64,000 nucleotides of DNA from Schizochytrium sp. TIO01 (lineage: Eukaryota > Protista > Bigyra: Labyrinthulomycetes): the NCBI GenBank assembly GCA_004764695.1, contig SMSO01000008.1:372001-436000 (forward strand). Reading direction: 5' to 3'. Both the position numbers and the translations under genes were made by a program. Under the pieces are notes generated by a model. That model made no database searches and had not been told where the DNA came from. It saw nothing but the letters and a program-made list of their open reading frames with translations. Each line of letters begins with the position of its first letter. Within the stretch, counting starts at the first letter, position 1. Shown here one piece after another: positions 23,697-35,593 of the stretch.

Positions 23697-25397
23697 ATGG
23701 ATAACAAAGGAAAAAGGGGAGCAACAAAACCTGAATCAAAGCGACTTCCTCCAGCAATGAAGTCAGCACCTCGAGCGGCAGCTCTGCAGAAGGACAGCGA
23801 CGACCTGGTCCTCGCACTTGTCCGGGAGGACCCCAACGATGAGTGGATCGTGGAGCCGCAGAACGCAATGGCACCAGCCCCAGGGACGGGCGTGTCCGTG
23901 TCTGTGTCCGGCATGAAGGCCCCAGGCCCGACGTCACCGACTTCTTCTCCAGGACAGTCCTGGCGGCGTGATGAGTTTGACTCGGACGCAACCTTTCGCA
24001 GCATCTCGGACGGAAGCTTTGCCCCCAAAGGGTTAACCGGAGAAGACACTTATGGCGAAGAAGACGATGATGAAGAGGGAGACGGATTTCGTCGTCGCAA
24101 AAATGACCAAAACGATGATAATGATACCTTTCACAGTAACGCAGAACTCAACAGGACGGGATCGCAAGGTTCCGGTGATGGCTCTGGTGCTGGGCCCGGG
24201 TCTGCAGCAGCGAGAGGTCGCAATGCAGCGGCGTGTCGCAAGCAGCGACAGAAACGCAAAGCAGCGGAAGAGAACTTGAGAAAACATGTGGCAGATCTCG
24301 AGGCAAATCGTGACCTCTACCTGCGTCGCATTGCGGATTTGCAGTTCGAGGTTGACACGATGCGCATGGCTGGCACAGTGGATTTGCGCAAGGAAAATGA
24401 GCTGTTGCGGATTGAGATTCGCAAGCATAAAATGCACATTGCGGAGATGGTCAAAACCGTAAGCAAATATCCAGACATGTACTTGGAAGAACGTGTTAGA
24501 ATTCTGAAGAATGTTGTGGACAGTGCTCTTTCGCAGATTGTAGGCATAGTACACACATCATCGAGATGGGATCCTCTTTACACAGTGAAAAACGAGTCTA
24601 GTGGGCTAGAGATGCGTGTCTTCTACGAACTTCTTCCAAGACATCTACCTATGGACCAAGCAAAACGAGTGAATTTCCGTTGCGAAATGCTCAACGTGCA
24701 ACGCGACCCCGCGTCATTGCACTTTCTCATGTCCAGTTTTTGGTCCCAAGAGGCCAACCTAAAGAATGTACACTCCTCCATGCCTAATGAAGAACGCGCC
24801 ACCTGGTCTATGTTGGAACTTGACTCTCCGGGCCTCCAAGAAGCCAAAAATATTCTTGGTGAAAACAACATTCGTCTCTCAGACTGCGAAGAGGTGCGAG
24901 ACGGAACTCTCTTACAGAAGGTAACGTTCTTCTCCTGTCAAGGAACTCGTGGGCTTGTCCCGCACGCCTTCCTTGCGCATGGTTATGACGAGGAGTCTCA
25001 CAACAACGCGCTTGATTCTGTGGACTCTGGTATGGTAGACTGTCTTTTGCACGCAAACACCACATGCGACCAAGAGCTAGCCAACTCAAACATTGCTACT
25101 AATGCAACAACACTCACGCGATACATTCATGGCCACGCTGTTATTCCATCAAACTACAAGCAGGATCTGTCTCACATCATATCTGTTTTTTCAATTCCTT
25201 TTGGCGAGTATGCAAATTTAACCTCTGTACAGGATCTATTGACCAAGGACCACAAGCTCACTCCGGGATATGCACAAAGTTTTCAAATTCAACTTGATCT
25301 TATGGCTCAAGCCATCACCTCAGGTGTAGTTCCACATGACCAAAGTGATGAACTTGTTGCCGCAACCACACCGCCTCCACCTGCTGAAGATAAGTAG
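23697..25397 (+). CDS. bZIP transcription factor with C-terminal START-like domain, copy 4
   Basis: 566-aa ORF. NAAACRKQR-x9-L zipper (N codon at 24222), DLRKENELLRIEIRKHK, GIVHTSSRW, KRVNFRCEM, GLVP, HGHAVIP, FSIPFGEY. Confidence 0.92.
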   Translation: MDNKGKRGATKPESKRLPPAMKSAPRAAALQKDSDDLVLALVREDPNDEWIVEPQNAMAPAPGTGVSVSVSGMKAPGPTSPTSSPGQSWRRDEFDSDATFRSISDGSFAPKGLTGEDTYGEEDDDEEGDGFRRRKNDQNDDNDTFHSNAELNRTGSQGSGDGSGAGPGSAAARGRNAAACRKQRQKRKAAEENLRKHVADLEANRDLYLRRIADLQFEVDTMRMAGTVDLRKENELLRIEIRKHKMHIAEMVKTVSKYPDMYLEERVRILKNVVDSALSQIVGIVHTSSRWDPLYTVKNESSGLEMRVFYELLPRHLPMDQAKRVNFRCEMLNVQRDPASLHFLMSSFWSQEANLKNVHSSMPNEERATWSMLELDSPGLQEAKNILGENNIRLSDCEEVRDGTLLQKVTFFSCQGTRGLVPHAFLAHGYDEESHNNALDSVDSGMVDCLLHANTTCDQELANSNIATNATTLTRYIHGHAVIPSNYKQDLSHIISVFSIPFGEYANLTSVQDLLTKDHKLTPGYAQSFQIQLDLMAQAITSGVVPHDQSDELVAATTPPPPAEDK

Positions 25398-27351
25398 ACT
25401 CTCTCCCTTTAATTCGTTTCTCTGTGTTTTCCTCTCTCTTATATATTTTCATATATCTGAAATGGACCACAACACGAAGGGAAAAGCCTACAGCACAGCA
25501 TGTATGTACTCTTTTGCCAGGCGCAAACTGATGAGGTCTCTTCAGCATCAAATACGATTTCGTGAAAATTGTTGTTTAAAAAAAAACGATGTGATTAATC
25601 ATCATGGTCCAAGCTTAGAGTGGAGGAAAGGCATGTACAATTAGTATGGCCGAAACAGCTACCTACTCTTTTTTATATATACCTGTTTTAAAACAAGCTT
25701 GCTTTAGGTGCTCTTTTAAAGGCTTCGTTCAAGCCAGATATTTTGAAAATCAGAATTGGAAACAGATTTTGAGAAAACTCGTATGCGTTTTGTTGCCCTT
25801 TTTTTTTGTTTAGATTACTAGAGTATTTAACTCTAACAAAGTGAAACAAGAATGATTCTATTGCTCTTTTGTGTAATTTAAATTTCGGGTTCATATTTAT
25901 CTATAGAAGGTCAACTCCAAAATGGAAGTTATCATCCAGCTTAGTGGCAAACCTTATCCAACGCAAGGTATACGCAAGGTAATCACTTCCTCGCATCTTT
26001 CCGATTTGTATATCCCATCCTGTATCCGTAACCTATATACCATCCTTTAACACTTCACATTCTTTGACAGCCATTGCTCTCTTGTTAGACTACCTCTCCA
26101 CGCTCCGCGATACAAGTTAATCTGCAATATTTTCTGGGGCAAAAGATCAAAATCTCAATTATAATTTTTTGACATCATGACGCTGCCGTGCTGTGCCCCA
26201 AAACAATTACTCAAATACTTTTCATTTCATATCTAAAAGTTACACTCCTGCTCATATAATTACCCTATCTTCGAGCGAAGAGACCTTCCCTCAGATAGCT
26301 GGTTTTCAAGCAGAAGAAAAAGGGCTCACTCGACCGAGATTCAATATGTATCGTGTGGAGCCTTTGTAGTTCGATTGGCTGCTGTGACGGCTAAAAGTAA
26401 GAATCAAAGAATACTCAATAGCTTGCATCTAGATAAAAGTAGAACTGATGGCTGAGGATGCACATGGATATTTAGCATCTGAGGCCAATCATTAGTAATG
26501 ACTATTTTTACTGTGCTATATATTTATCAACTGAAATCATAGACAGTTTCAGAAATTCGACTCCTATGCCAGTTGATCGATAATTTATATGGCCCAATTC
26601 TTAACTAGTTTTAACCGTTTTCGATTGTAAATAACAAGTTTCGACATGATCTCTTCAGTCTCTTATAAAGGGCACCGTCCATTTCCTACTAAATTAATTT
26701 TTCTTCATCTCCCCAGTTCATCTGGAGCTAGCTAGCATCCGTAGCTCGCCCCTGCCCCCCTGAACCTGACTATGATTCGTAACATTAAACTTCCCCGTGA
26801 GGTATCCATGATCTTCACATAGATAAATCCACTGCCTTGATAGATTTGCACATTTAGCAATCGAAAATTGAGAGATTATTCAATATCGTTTAGGGTAACC
26901 TATTTAGAACTCGAAACGAACCAAACGGGAGAGCTTTCTAGTGCAGAGAAATTGACAATCTGAATAGAGTTTTACTATGATCTTTTTTGGTTTTCTGAAG
27001 CCCTGGAATCCCGTCAACTTTTAAACAATTGTGAGAAAGCGTGTGCTAAGATACGGCAAATCTTCTCCCTCTTTGGCGTTCTAAGGAAGAGCTGATACAC
27101 ATATTTTGTTCGAGTTTGTTCCAAATCTGGAGTATTGCCTATTTGTGAGATAAGACTATACTTGCGCAGAGTGCAGTCAATAGACGCCAATTAACTTTCC
27201 ATAATTGCCACTAAACCTCGTAATTACATTCACTGTTTACACCTTTGGCGTCTTTAATCTTAATATATCTGGGAGCTCATTATCTCCGTACCTAGTTACT
27301 ATGTAGGTGGGTTTTACCAAAAAGCAAAACAACTTCTCTAGCTTGAAACTT

Positions 27352-28550
27352 AAAGCAGACGAGGCAAACTTGCGGTGCAGCATCGTGGAGCACGAGATCA
27401 ACCGAGAAATTTATCTGGAACGTACCGTAGAACTTCTGTGCAAGGTTGAGCCCATGCGCATGGCAGATCTTGTTGATCTTCGACGCTGGAACGAGCTCCT
27501 TCGTGAGGAAATTCCCAAACACAAAAGGCGCATTAAAAAAGTGATGAAAGTGGTGCAGCGTCAGCCAGAAATGACCCTTGAAGAACGAGTTCATTTGCGT
27601 AAAGATATTGTGGATAGTCCTGTTTTCCAGTGATAGGGCTTGTACACACATTGACCAGTTGGCAGAATCTGACGAGCAAGGGACACAAGGACTTGATTCT
27701 GCACGTGCGCTATGACCTTTTCCCTAGGAGTATACCTTGGAAGAAACAAAGCAAATAACTTGCAGATTGAGTTTATGCATATCCCCACTTTCATCAATTT
27801 ATGTCCTCTTCATTGCCGTACAAGGAACGCTTTAAAGTGGTACAACGAAAACTAGTTAAGGAAGACCGGCTTGAAGTGATGGAGACTACTAATTTACCAG
27901 TTTTCAAAGAGGAAAAAATGTTGTTGTCCAATGAATGTATTCGTGTAAGCAAATGCCTGGATACACGAGGGGACAAGGAACACTCTTCATACTACTTTAC
28001 TTCGTCTTTCTAGGTTTTGACAAGAGCTTTGCTATGCACAACAATCACAATTTCTTGGGATATGGGAACACAGTCTTTGTGACTTACTTTGTAGATTCTA
28101 ACACCTCGTGTAGAGTTGTGACGACGACCTTAGATTTAGAGAGAGCAGATCAGAGCCTAGAAATCGATCCAGCTTACGGCAGTAAGCCATATGCCTATCA
28201 TATGATGTTCAATCAACCTCAAATAAAGTCAGCTGCACAGAGGGCGAGGCAAAGTCTTTAACGCCAGCACTTGAGGCCAGTCCAAATGATTACAATAATA
28301 GTATCCTTGGTAGCCTTTTAGGGGTACAGGTATGCGGAGTTCAATTGAAGGCTCTTGTAGTGCCTTGATGATGACATCAATGCCAATCTGGAAGCACTTA
28401 AAGGCACTGTCAATCGCTGATATGCTCAATGAAGACGGGTCGTCCTCGGAAGTATTTTGCGACAGCGTTCGCTTTCAATTAGAACACTTTGCCTCCCTGT
28501 TGCCAAATGCGCATCGCAAGGGCAGCTCTGTAGCAGGAGAACCTGAGTAA
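27352..28550 (+). pseudogene. Disrupted copy (copy 5) of the bZIP/START-like family
   Basis: KADEANLRCSIVEHEINREIYLERTVELLCKVEPMRMADLVDLRRWNELLREEIPKHK...EERVHLRKDIVDS aligns with the copy 4 zipper. After a -1 frameshift at ~27630 the next frame continues VIGLVHTLTSW (copy 4 IVGIVHTSSRW). The middle is fragmented by stops and shifts. The last fragment MTSMPIW...IADMLNEDGSSSEVFCDSVRFQLEHFA matches the family C-terminus. No basic region or ATG-led N-terminus seen. Confidence 0.85.
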
Positions 28551-31500
28551 AATTTCGGATTAGTATGTAAGTACCTACTGAGCATTTAAAGAACAAGAAA
28601 TCATGATGGGTTCTTAAGAGAATTAGTTCACTCGAATTGACACTTTTTTTTAATAACACAGTTGTAGAGCTCATCGCTTCCCCACTAACCAATTTTTATT
28701 CTTCGATATATATATATATATATATATGAAAACCAAAGGATTACTTATTTACAACTTTAAGTGTCTTCATCCGCTATCTAAGAAGATATTCTCTAGCGTT
28801 GCCTTCGCTTCTCGAAGTACCCGCCTGGGATCACATAATCGACCTCCTGGAGCTCCACCTGCAGTCTGTCGAAGATCGTACTTATCTTGAGCTGGCCGAC
28901 GCAAAACTCTGCAAGTTCTAAGAGCAGATCAACTTCCGCGGCCATGCAGTTTCTTTCCAATCCGCAGCCTGCGCCAAATATGCGCCGTTCTTTGTTCCTG
29001 CTGTGCCAGCATCGATCAGGAATTCGGTGTGGTCTCGCGGGCGTGCATTTGCGTCGGACAGAGACATTGCCCCGGGTCCACCCGCGCAGAGTATCAAAAA
29101 TGCCGTGCGAGCGAGCGAGCGAGCGTGCGTGCGAAAGTTGCTCGATGCGCTCTTTCGCTTCGGCGACTTCGTTCAGAGTTCTGTGAAGAGGGCTGAGGTG
29201 CGCTCAGTCGTGCCCAGATCGTGGGTTGTCTTAAACCCTGGAGTGACCAACTTTTGCTCAAGACCTTTTCTTTCTGTGGGCAGTGGTGCGAAAAAGTGCG
29301 AATTGTGCTATTTCTAGAGTTTTATACGTCCATTTTCTCTCTTTCTTTTCCTTTTAGGTTGAGAAATGAATGAGCTTTGCTTCGGCTGTGATCATTGAGG
29401 CGACCGCCGACGCCAACGCGCTGTGCATCCATCCTCCAGCTTGCTTGGCTTGGCTTCATCGTGGTCCCAAGTGGCCTGACTGACCTTTAGCTCGCTTCTT
29501 CATGAAAATCTCGCCGAGTTTTGGTCCCAAGTTTCGCGATTCTAAGCGCAAAGAAAGAACAGGGAACCAGGCAGTACCTTCCGTGCCAGGAGACGCGAGC
29601 TTATCCGCACGCTTTGCCGACAACGCTGCTCTCGAAGTAGAGTGCGGCCCGCAATGAAGCAGTTGAAGTCCTCGCGACGGGCTCTAAAATTGGGGAAGAA
29701 AGGAATCGCTCCAAGTTCTTCGCAGCGTGAAATGAGCCAAAAAATTACAGAAAGGACAAACCTGAGCCCAGAAGAAATGTGAAGCGCACTGAGGGAGGCG
29801 CTGCTAGCTGCTAGTGTTTTCAATATGCAGCGGGCACGCGCCAAGAAGCAGTGGATATTCAGGATTCTGGCTTCAAGCCGAAGCTTCTGTCAAGACTGTG
29901 ACTTGACTGTAAACTATTTTGTAGCCTGGTCCATTGTGTTTCTTTCCTCTTCTCTCAAAGGAATAAGAGGTGATCAGCTGACTCGTTCTCGTAGCAACGC
30001 CGAGCCTGAGATTCCGGTGTGCATCACGTCCAAGATCTCCAACATCTCGACGCCATTGAGGAGCCTGCTATTTTAGAGCAAATGCGACTGCAATTTATAT
30101 CGTGCGCTTTTTGTTGTTGTTGATATCCAATGGTCACAAGTTACCCATTTTCGTAGTTTAATTATAGGAGATCCAGACAAGAAAAGACCTTGATTTCCCT
30201 CGTCAACCTCTGAAGATCCCTGTATTTGGCGGGTAAACTGAGAGAGGGTTGGGCACCACCAGTGCAAATGATTGTCCGCTGCGATACCGGTTCGCCTGTC
30301 CTCAGCTTCGTCGGGGAGCTTTCTCCGCGAGGGCAACGCTACTTGTCGCATACGCGAGGGTCCTCCAATTTGTTATTGCTTATATGCTTAATAAAATAAA
30401 ATAAATTTATATTTATTTTTTAAATTAATATATAAAAATAATCATCGTTTTGATGTTGTTTGCCTTCGCAAAGCAATCCAGATGTACGCAGAACTTCTCC
30501 TCAGCCTCGTCCAAATACGCAAATATCGCTCGTAAAAGTACCCTACGAGTGCCTGAATATTTCTGCGATTTTATTTGCGCTCTTCAATGCCAGCAGCCCT
30601 CTTGCCGCGTCTTCGGGCCCTCGCCGTTTTGCGCCGTTCGCGGCGAGAAGAAAGTCCTTCATTCATTTTTTCTTCTCTTTTCTTTTGTTCTCTTTTCTTG
30701 TCTTTCAAGCTATGGCTATGGAAAGGTGTAGCTACTACTAGGCATTTTAAGGTAATAAATAATTTCTTTCTTTTTCTCAAAACAATGTATACGTACGTGT
30801 AGATTCTTCAGGGTTCGTCTTCTGGATTTCCCACTTGCCAAACTGCGCTATAGCTATGCGAATACAGTGAGTTATACACCGATAACCTACTTCAATGGGG
30901 GCCTACAAGTGAGTTATACTCGGCCCCAAGTCGGGAAACGAGTGGCACCAAAAAGAACGCATGCATGTTTTTTCCTTCATTTCTGTGAAAGATCAAAGCC
31001 GCCGCCAGCCCTCGGCTCAAAATACGCAGGGCTTGCCTGAGGACTTACATAACAGTTACATTGCCTCCTTTGAACACAGCATGAATTCAGTCTAACTGAT
31101 CAGAGGCACTCCTTCAAGCCGAAGCAAGGAGGCCAATCATTCTGCTTTTTTGGTTTCCTCACCTTAAAATTTAGATTTATTCTAATTGAAAATAAAAATA
31201 AAACGTACTAATACCAACAATAGCAGCTAAAAGAAAAGGAGCACTAGGCAATCAGTAGATAGCACTACTGTGAATTCTCATAACAAGTAAGTGAAAAGAA
31301 AGAAAGCCTTTAGAAAACGATGGTGAAGCGCAAACAAAATGCGGAAGGACTAATCGGACAGCAGGTCTCGGGTGGCAGGCAAATGAATACATGCTCAGCT
31401 ACTTGAAACTTGAAGGCAGAAGCTGCAAAGGCACGGCATTAGCCAGCCTCGCAACGTGTTATCCTGAGGTACGTACCCTACATCTGCGAATCAACCAATT

Positions 31501-31854
31501 CCTGAGGTTTCTCTCTCTAGAGAGAGGAATGGGCCATACTTTGTGGGTCATATAGCTCATAGTATCGTACGGGCTACAACTCAGGAATGAAAGCTATAAC
31601 CTATAGTACGCACTCCAAAGTAAGCGCAGTACTATGCGTTGTAAAGGTATCGTATACACTTGGTTATAGGCTATGGAGCGAGTGGAATTGTCAAATAGGA
31701 GTTTAACTCCTACCACCTTAGGCCACTTAGTTAGGAGTAGAACCAACAGAATGAGTGAAGAAAGAACAGAAAGATGTATAAAATTCGTCATCGAAAGTTT
31801 TTTAGATGAATTTCTCGATTCGCCAGACCCAAATCGATCAAGAACCTGCCCGCA

Positions 31855-33633
31855 ATGAAGGGCGGCATCGACCTTGAGGGCCTGGAGGGCGTGCCGCCCG
31901 AGGCAGACCTTCTTCTTGCTTATGGCGTGGGACCCCCTCTGGCTAGCTCTGCAGGGCTGTCCTCATCCTCGTCCTCCTCAAACTCAAACTCAACCTCCTC
32001 GCCGTCATCCTCGGCGCCAGGGCGTGGCCAGGCAGTTCCGTTCTCGCTCACAGGGCACAACATACGGCATGTGAACGGTCTGGTGGGCCCAGATATTGCC
32101 GATGGGGAGGACGATGAGACCATCGCTGCCATCGCAGAGCTCGTGCGTGAAGACCAGGCTCGAGAAGCTGCTGCAGCTCGAGCAGCGCAGGGCCTTTCGC
32201 CAGACGAAGACGCGTCGCCTTCGCCTGCTTCCACGCGTTATAGCTTTGAGGACAATGCAAGCGGCAGGAAACAGATGTCTGGCACTAAGAGTAGGAATGT
32301 TGAATTTAGTGGCGAAACATTTGTTGACGAAGTCGTGGACATTGGTGGAATTGACGGCATTGACGGCATTGATGGCACCGATGGCAACCTTAATGACGAG
32401 GATGATTGTGATGACAGCTCTAAAGTGGATTCGAGGAAAGCTGTCCGTCGAGCTAGAAATGCCGAGGCCTGCAGACGCACTCGCAGAAAGCGAAAGGCCC
32501 ACGAGGAGAATTTAAGGCTTCGAAATGCCGAGCTGGAGGCCAGCAGAGAGCATTTTCTGAAGAGGATTGCAGATTTGCAGTTCCAAGTGAATTCCTTGCG
32601 CATGACGGGAACGATTGATCTAAGGAAGGAAAACGAGCTACTACGAGCAGAAATTCGCAAACATAAAGTTTACATTTCTAATGTGATCGACGCAGTGCAG
32701 AAAGAACCGCAGGTAAAGCTCGAGGAGCGTGCACGGCTGCTTAAACGTGTGGTAGATGGAGCGATATGCCAGTGCATTGGCATGGCTCACACTTCCATTA
32801 ACTGGCGTGAAATGTATTCGCTGCGTCTTGATGATGGAATGGAAGTCAGGTTCCTGTTTGAAACATTGCCGAAGGATGTGCCGCTCGCGGAGGCAAAACG
32901 CATTACTTTGCGCTGCGAGGCTTACGCGATCCCGGCAGAACCCCAGGGCTTGAACGCAATCTTGTCCAATTTATGGGCAGATGAAAAGCGTAAGGAGCGC
33001 TTCAGTCAGATCATCACGCCGCCAGAGGGTATTCTACGGAGGTTTCTGACCTTTGTGTGCCCCGAGCTCGATCAAGCGAAGGAGTTTCTTGGAGATGAAC
33101 GCCTTGGCGTTTACACATTTGAGGAGGCAAAAGCAGGTGATTCACCCACTCGTGTTGTAATGTCTTGCTGCACAGCCACGCGTGACTTGGTCCCTGATGC
33201 AATTCTCACACTAGGTAAAGAGAGGAACTCTGCGGGGGCTGACTCCAGCTTCGGAGAGTTGACTGCATCTGCAGCAGCCGCAGCGGCATCGGGTGCGAAG
33301 GGTAACGCCGGGGTAGTACCCTGCTGCGTATTTGCTGCAACTACATGTGGTGACGAACTTAAGCGCGCTCATATTGAGGTGGGCCCAGACGCATCGTTAG
33401 ATGCGAAGATTTTCAATGGCCACGTAGTTGTACCCAGCAGTGATGATCCCAACCAGTGCCATCTTGTGTTAATTCTTTCTACTCCAATTGGTGATTTTCC
33501 TGGTCTGACGGCGCTTGGTCATATTGTGGATGAGGATGGTCTTGCATCAGAAAATTTCAAACAGTATTTTGCAGCACACTTAAATTTTTTCCTGGATGAA
33601 CTTGTGGAAGCAGCCAACAAGAATGCACCTTGA
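31855..33633 (+). CDS. bZIP transcription factor with C-terminal START-like domain, copy 6
   Basis: 592-aa ORF with Ser-rich and acidic N-terminus. NAEACRRTR-x9-L zipper (N codon at 32458), DLRKENELLRAEIRKHK, GMAHTSINW, KRITLRCEA, DLVP, NGHVVVP, LSTPIGDF. Confidence 0.92.
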   Translation: MKGGIDLEGLEGVPPEADLLLAYGVGPPLASSAGLSSSSSSSNSNSTSSPSSSAPGRGQAVPFSLTGHNIRHVNGLVGPDIADGEDDETIAAIAELVREDQAREAAAARAAQGLSPDEDASPSPASTRYSFEDNASGRKQMSGTKSRNVEFSGETFVDEVVDIGGIDGIDGIDGTDGNLNDEDDCDDSSKVDSRKAVRRARNAEACRRTRRKRKAHEENLRLRNAELEASREHFLKRIADLQFQVNSLRMTGTIDLRKENELLRAEIRKHKVYISNVIDAVQKEPQVKLEERARLLKRVVDGAICQCIGMAHTSINWREMYSLRLDDGMEVRFLFETLPKDVPLAEAKRITLRCEAYAIPAEPQGLNAILSNLWADEKRKERFSQIITPPEGILRRFLTFVCPELDQAKEFLGDERLGVYTFEEAKAGDSPTRVVMSCCTATRDLVPDAILTLGKERNSAGADSSFGELTASAAAAAASGAKGNAGVVPCCVFAATTCGDELKRAHIEVGPDASLDAKIFNGHVVVPSSDDPNQCHLVLILSTPIGDFPGLTALGHIVDEDGLASENFKQYFAAHLNFFLDELVEAANKNAP

Positions 33634-35593
33634 GGAGTGAGCACGCGCTCCCTCCGAAGGGAAAACGAACAAAAAACCAGAATAGTGTGATATTTTATTT
33701 CCCTCCACCCCCAAACGTCCAATTCAGAAAATACCATATTTGGAGAGGGAGAATAGTAAAGAGAGAAGACAATCAAACGCGCTCAATTGCATTCATGGTC
33801 ATTATTCTTGTTGCTTCCCTACCTTTCTTAGATCAAATTTTCGAATCTTTCCTTTGCTGTATGGAAGATATTGGTTGCATTTGCTAAGGGAAACGCATGA
33901 CTTCTTTCACGAATGAGTTGTGCACATCGCTGACTTCTTCTCTTTCACTTGTATTCTCTATAATTTTGATCACTCTCTCTTACAATCTCGTACATATTGT
34001 TCGAGATTGATCTACGATGATAGATCTGCCAGTCCGCAAGCAAACACTCTGCAAAAAAAAGAAAAAAAAAAAAGAGAAAGAGGTCAAGTCTATGGAGTTA
34101 TTTTCTAATGAACTCTATGAGCATATGCAGCCAAGCCTTTGAATGAAGCGCCAAGGAATACGCTCGTATACGTTACCTCTATTGTATCAATCGTTTTCAT
34201 CTTTTCGAATACAGCAGTTTACTCCTGCAAGGTCTGAATTCTGTATGAGATAGGATACCAGTCTAAAGAAGTGCACTGAGTTCCAAGATTAGAATAAGCG
34301 TCAATGCATGCACACAAGCTGAGTGAGGCACGTATGCCTTTGTTTCAAAAAAAAATTGAAGAAGCTTGTATGACGCAAAGCTGTAAGGGCCATGTTGCGT
34401 GGCCAGCAGCTCGTATGCAGCTCGTATGCACCTCTCATTATCAAGGCCGCTTGCCAAGTATGTCCGCACACTCAAGGTCCATCATGTTATCAAGTTAATG
34501 AATGCACCAAGAAGCCCCTTCGCAAACAGTTGGTGCAGCAAATACTCTTGTGAAACGGGTTTGAAAGAATTGATGGTTTGTGGACTAGCTTCCCTTCGTT
34601 CCTCTCAAATTAGAATTTGGGCCTTGGAATGGCCTGCTGCTAGCAGATCGATTTGCAAATATTTTACATAGCTGACTATGCCCTTCAGATGGGAATGTAT
34701 GTATAGCTCAACTTTTCTAGGTTGAGCTTGGTCACTGTGCGCCAACGGGTGGCGCGTGTTGGATATCATATCTCGCATCACATTAAATATGTATGATTCG
34801 TGAGTCTGGCCTTCCTGTATCTGTGGAAAGGTTGCTTGTTTGACATCAAGCTGCACCAATCTCTCATTGAATTTTTGTACCTAGTCTGATGACTTTCTCT
34901 CTTGATTGTTGCCTTCACTTGTTGCTGTTATGTTGTTTCCCAGCGTTTTGAAAGATATTTTAATATGCCAGTGTCCCTCCAGGCTCTATGACTTAGTCTT
35001 TAAATGAACCACCGTTAGTCACATTCGTCGGTTAACTATTTGTAAACTACTGCTACTTCACTTGATCGATATCAAGAATATTTAATAAATGGCCTTTTTT
35101 CGTATTCCGTTTTCAAGCATTGTATTTATCGCGCACGGATGTGGAAACTTGATCAAGAAAGCGCAAGGCTTGATTGAGCAGACAGTCTATCATAGTCTAT
35201 CATAGTTCGAAGGCGAACAGGCCTTACAGGGAAGCCAGAATTCAGGAACTAAGAACTGAGTTTTACAATGACGCCTTCGAAAACAGCAAACAGAGAAAAG
35301 CTGTACCTCCGAGTCATTAATAGAAGAAGAGTACTCAAGAGTAGAGGGCAAGTGGTTTTAAAATTGAATGGGTGCAAAAGCAAAGCAAAATGTGTAAGGT
35401 TGATTGATATTGATTGAAGAGTCATTTAGTAGCGAACATCAGGCGACTTGCGTCACAAGCAGTCTCATTCATTCCCGCCCCGAGCGAGACCCAAGAAGTA
35501 CTAGCAGAACGACAGTCAGTATAAAGGGGAGAAAAATAAGATCAGTTCAGTGGCGCCAATCTGTACAGTTGAACTTGGCAAAAGCTTGCCAGT

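Noticed and set aside
31511-31526. 16-bp palindrome CTCTCTCTAGAGAGAG upstream of copy 6
   Set aside because: Low-complexity (CT)n(AG)n junction; no independent support for function.
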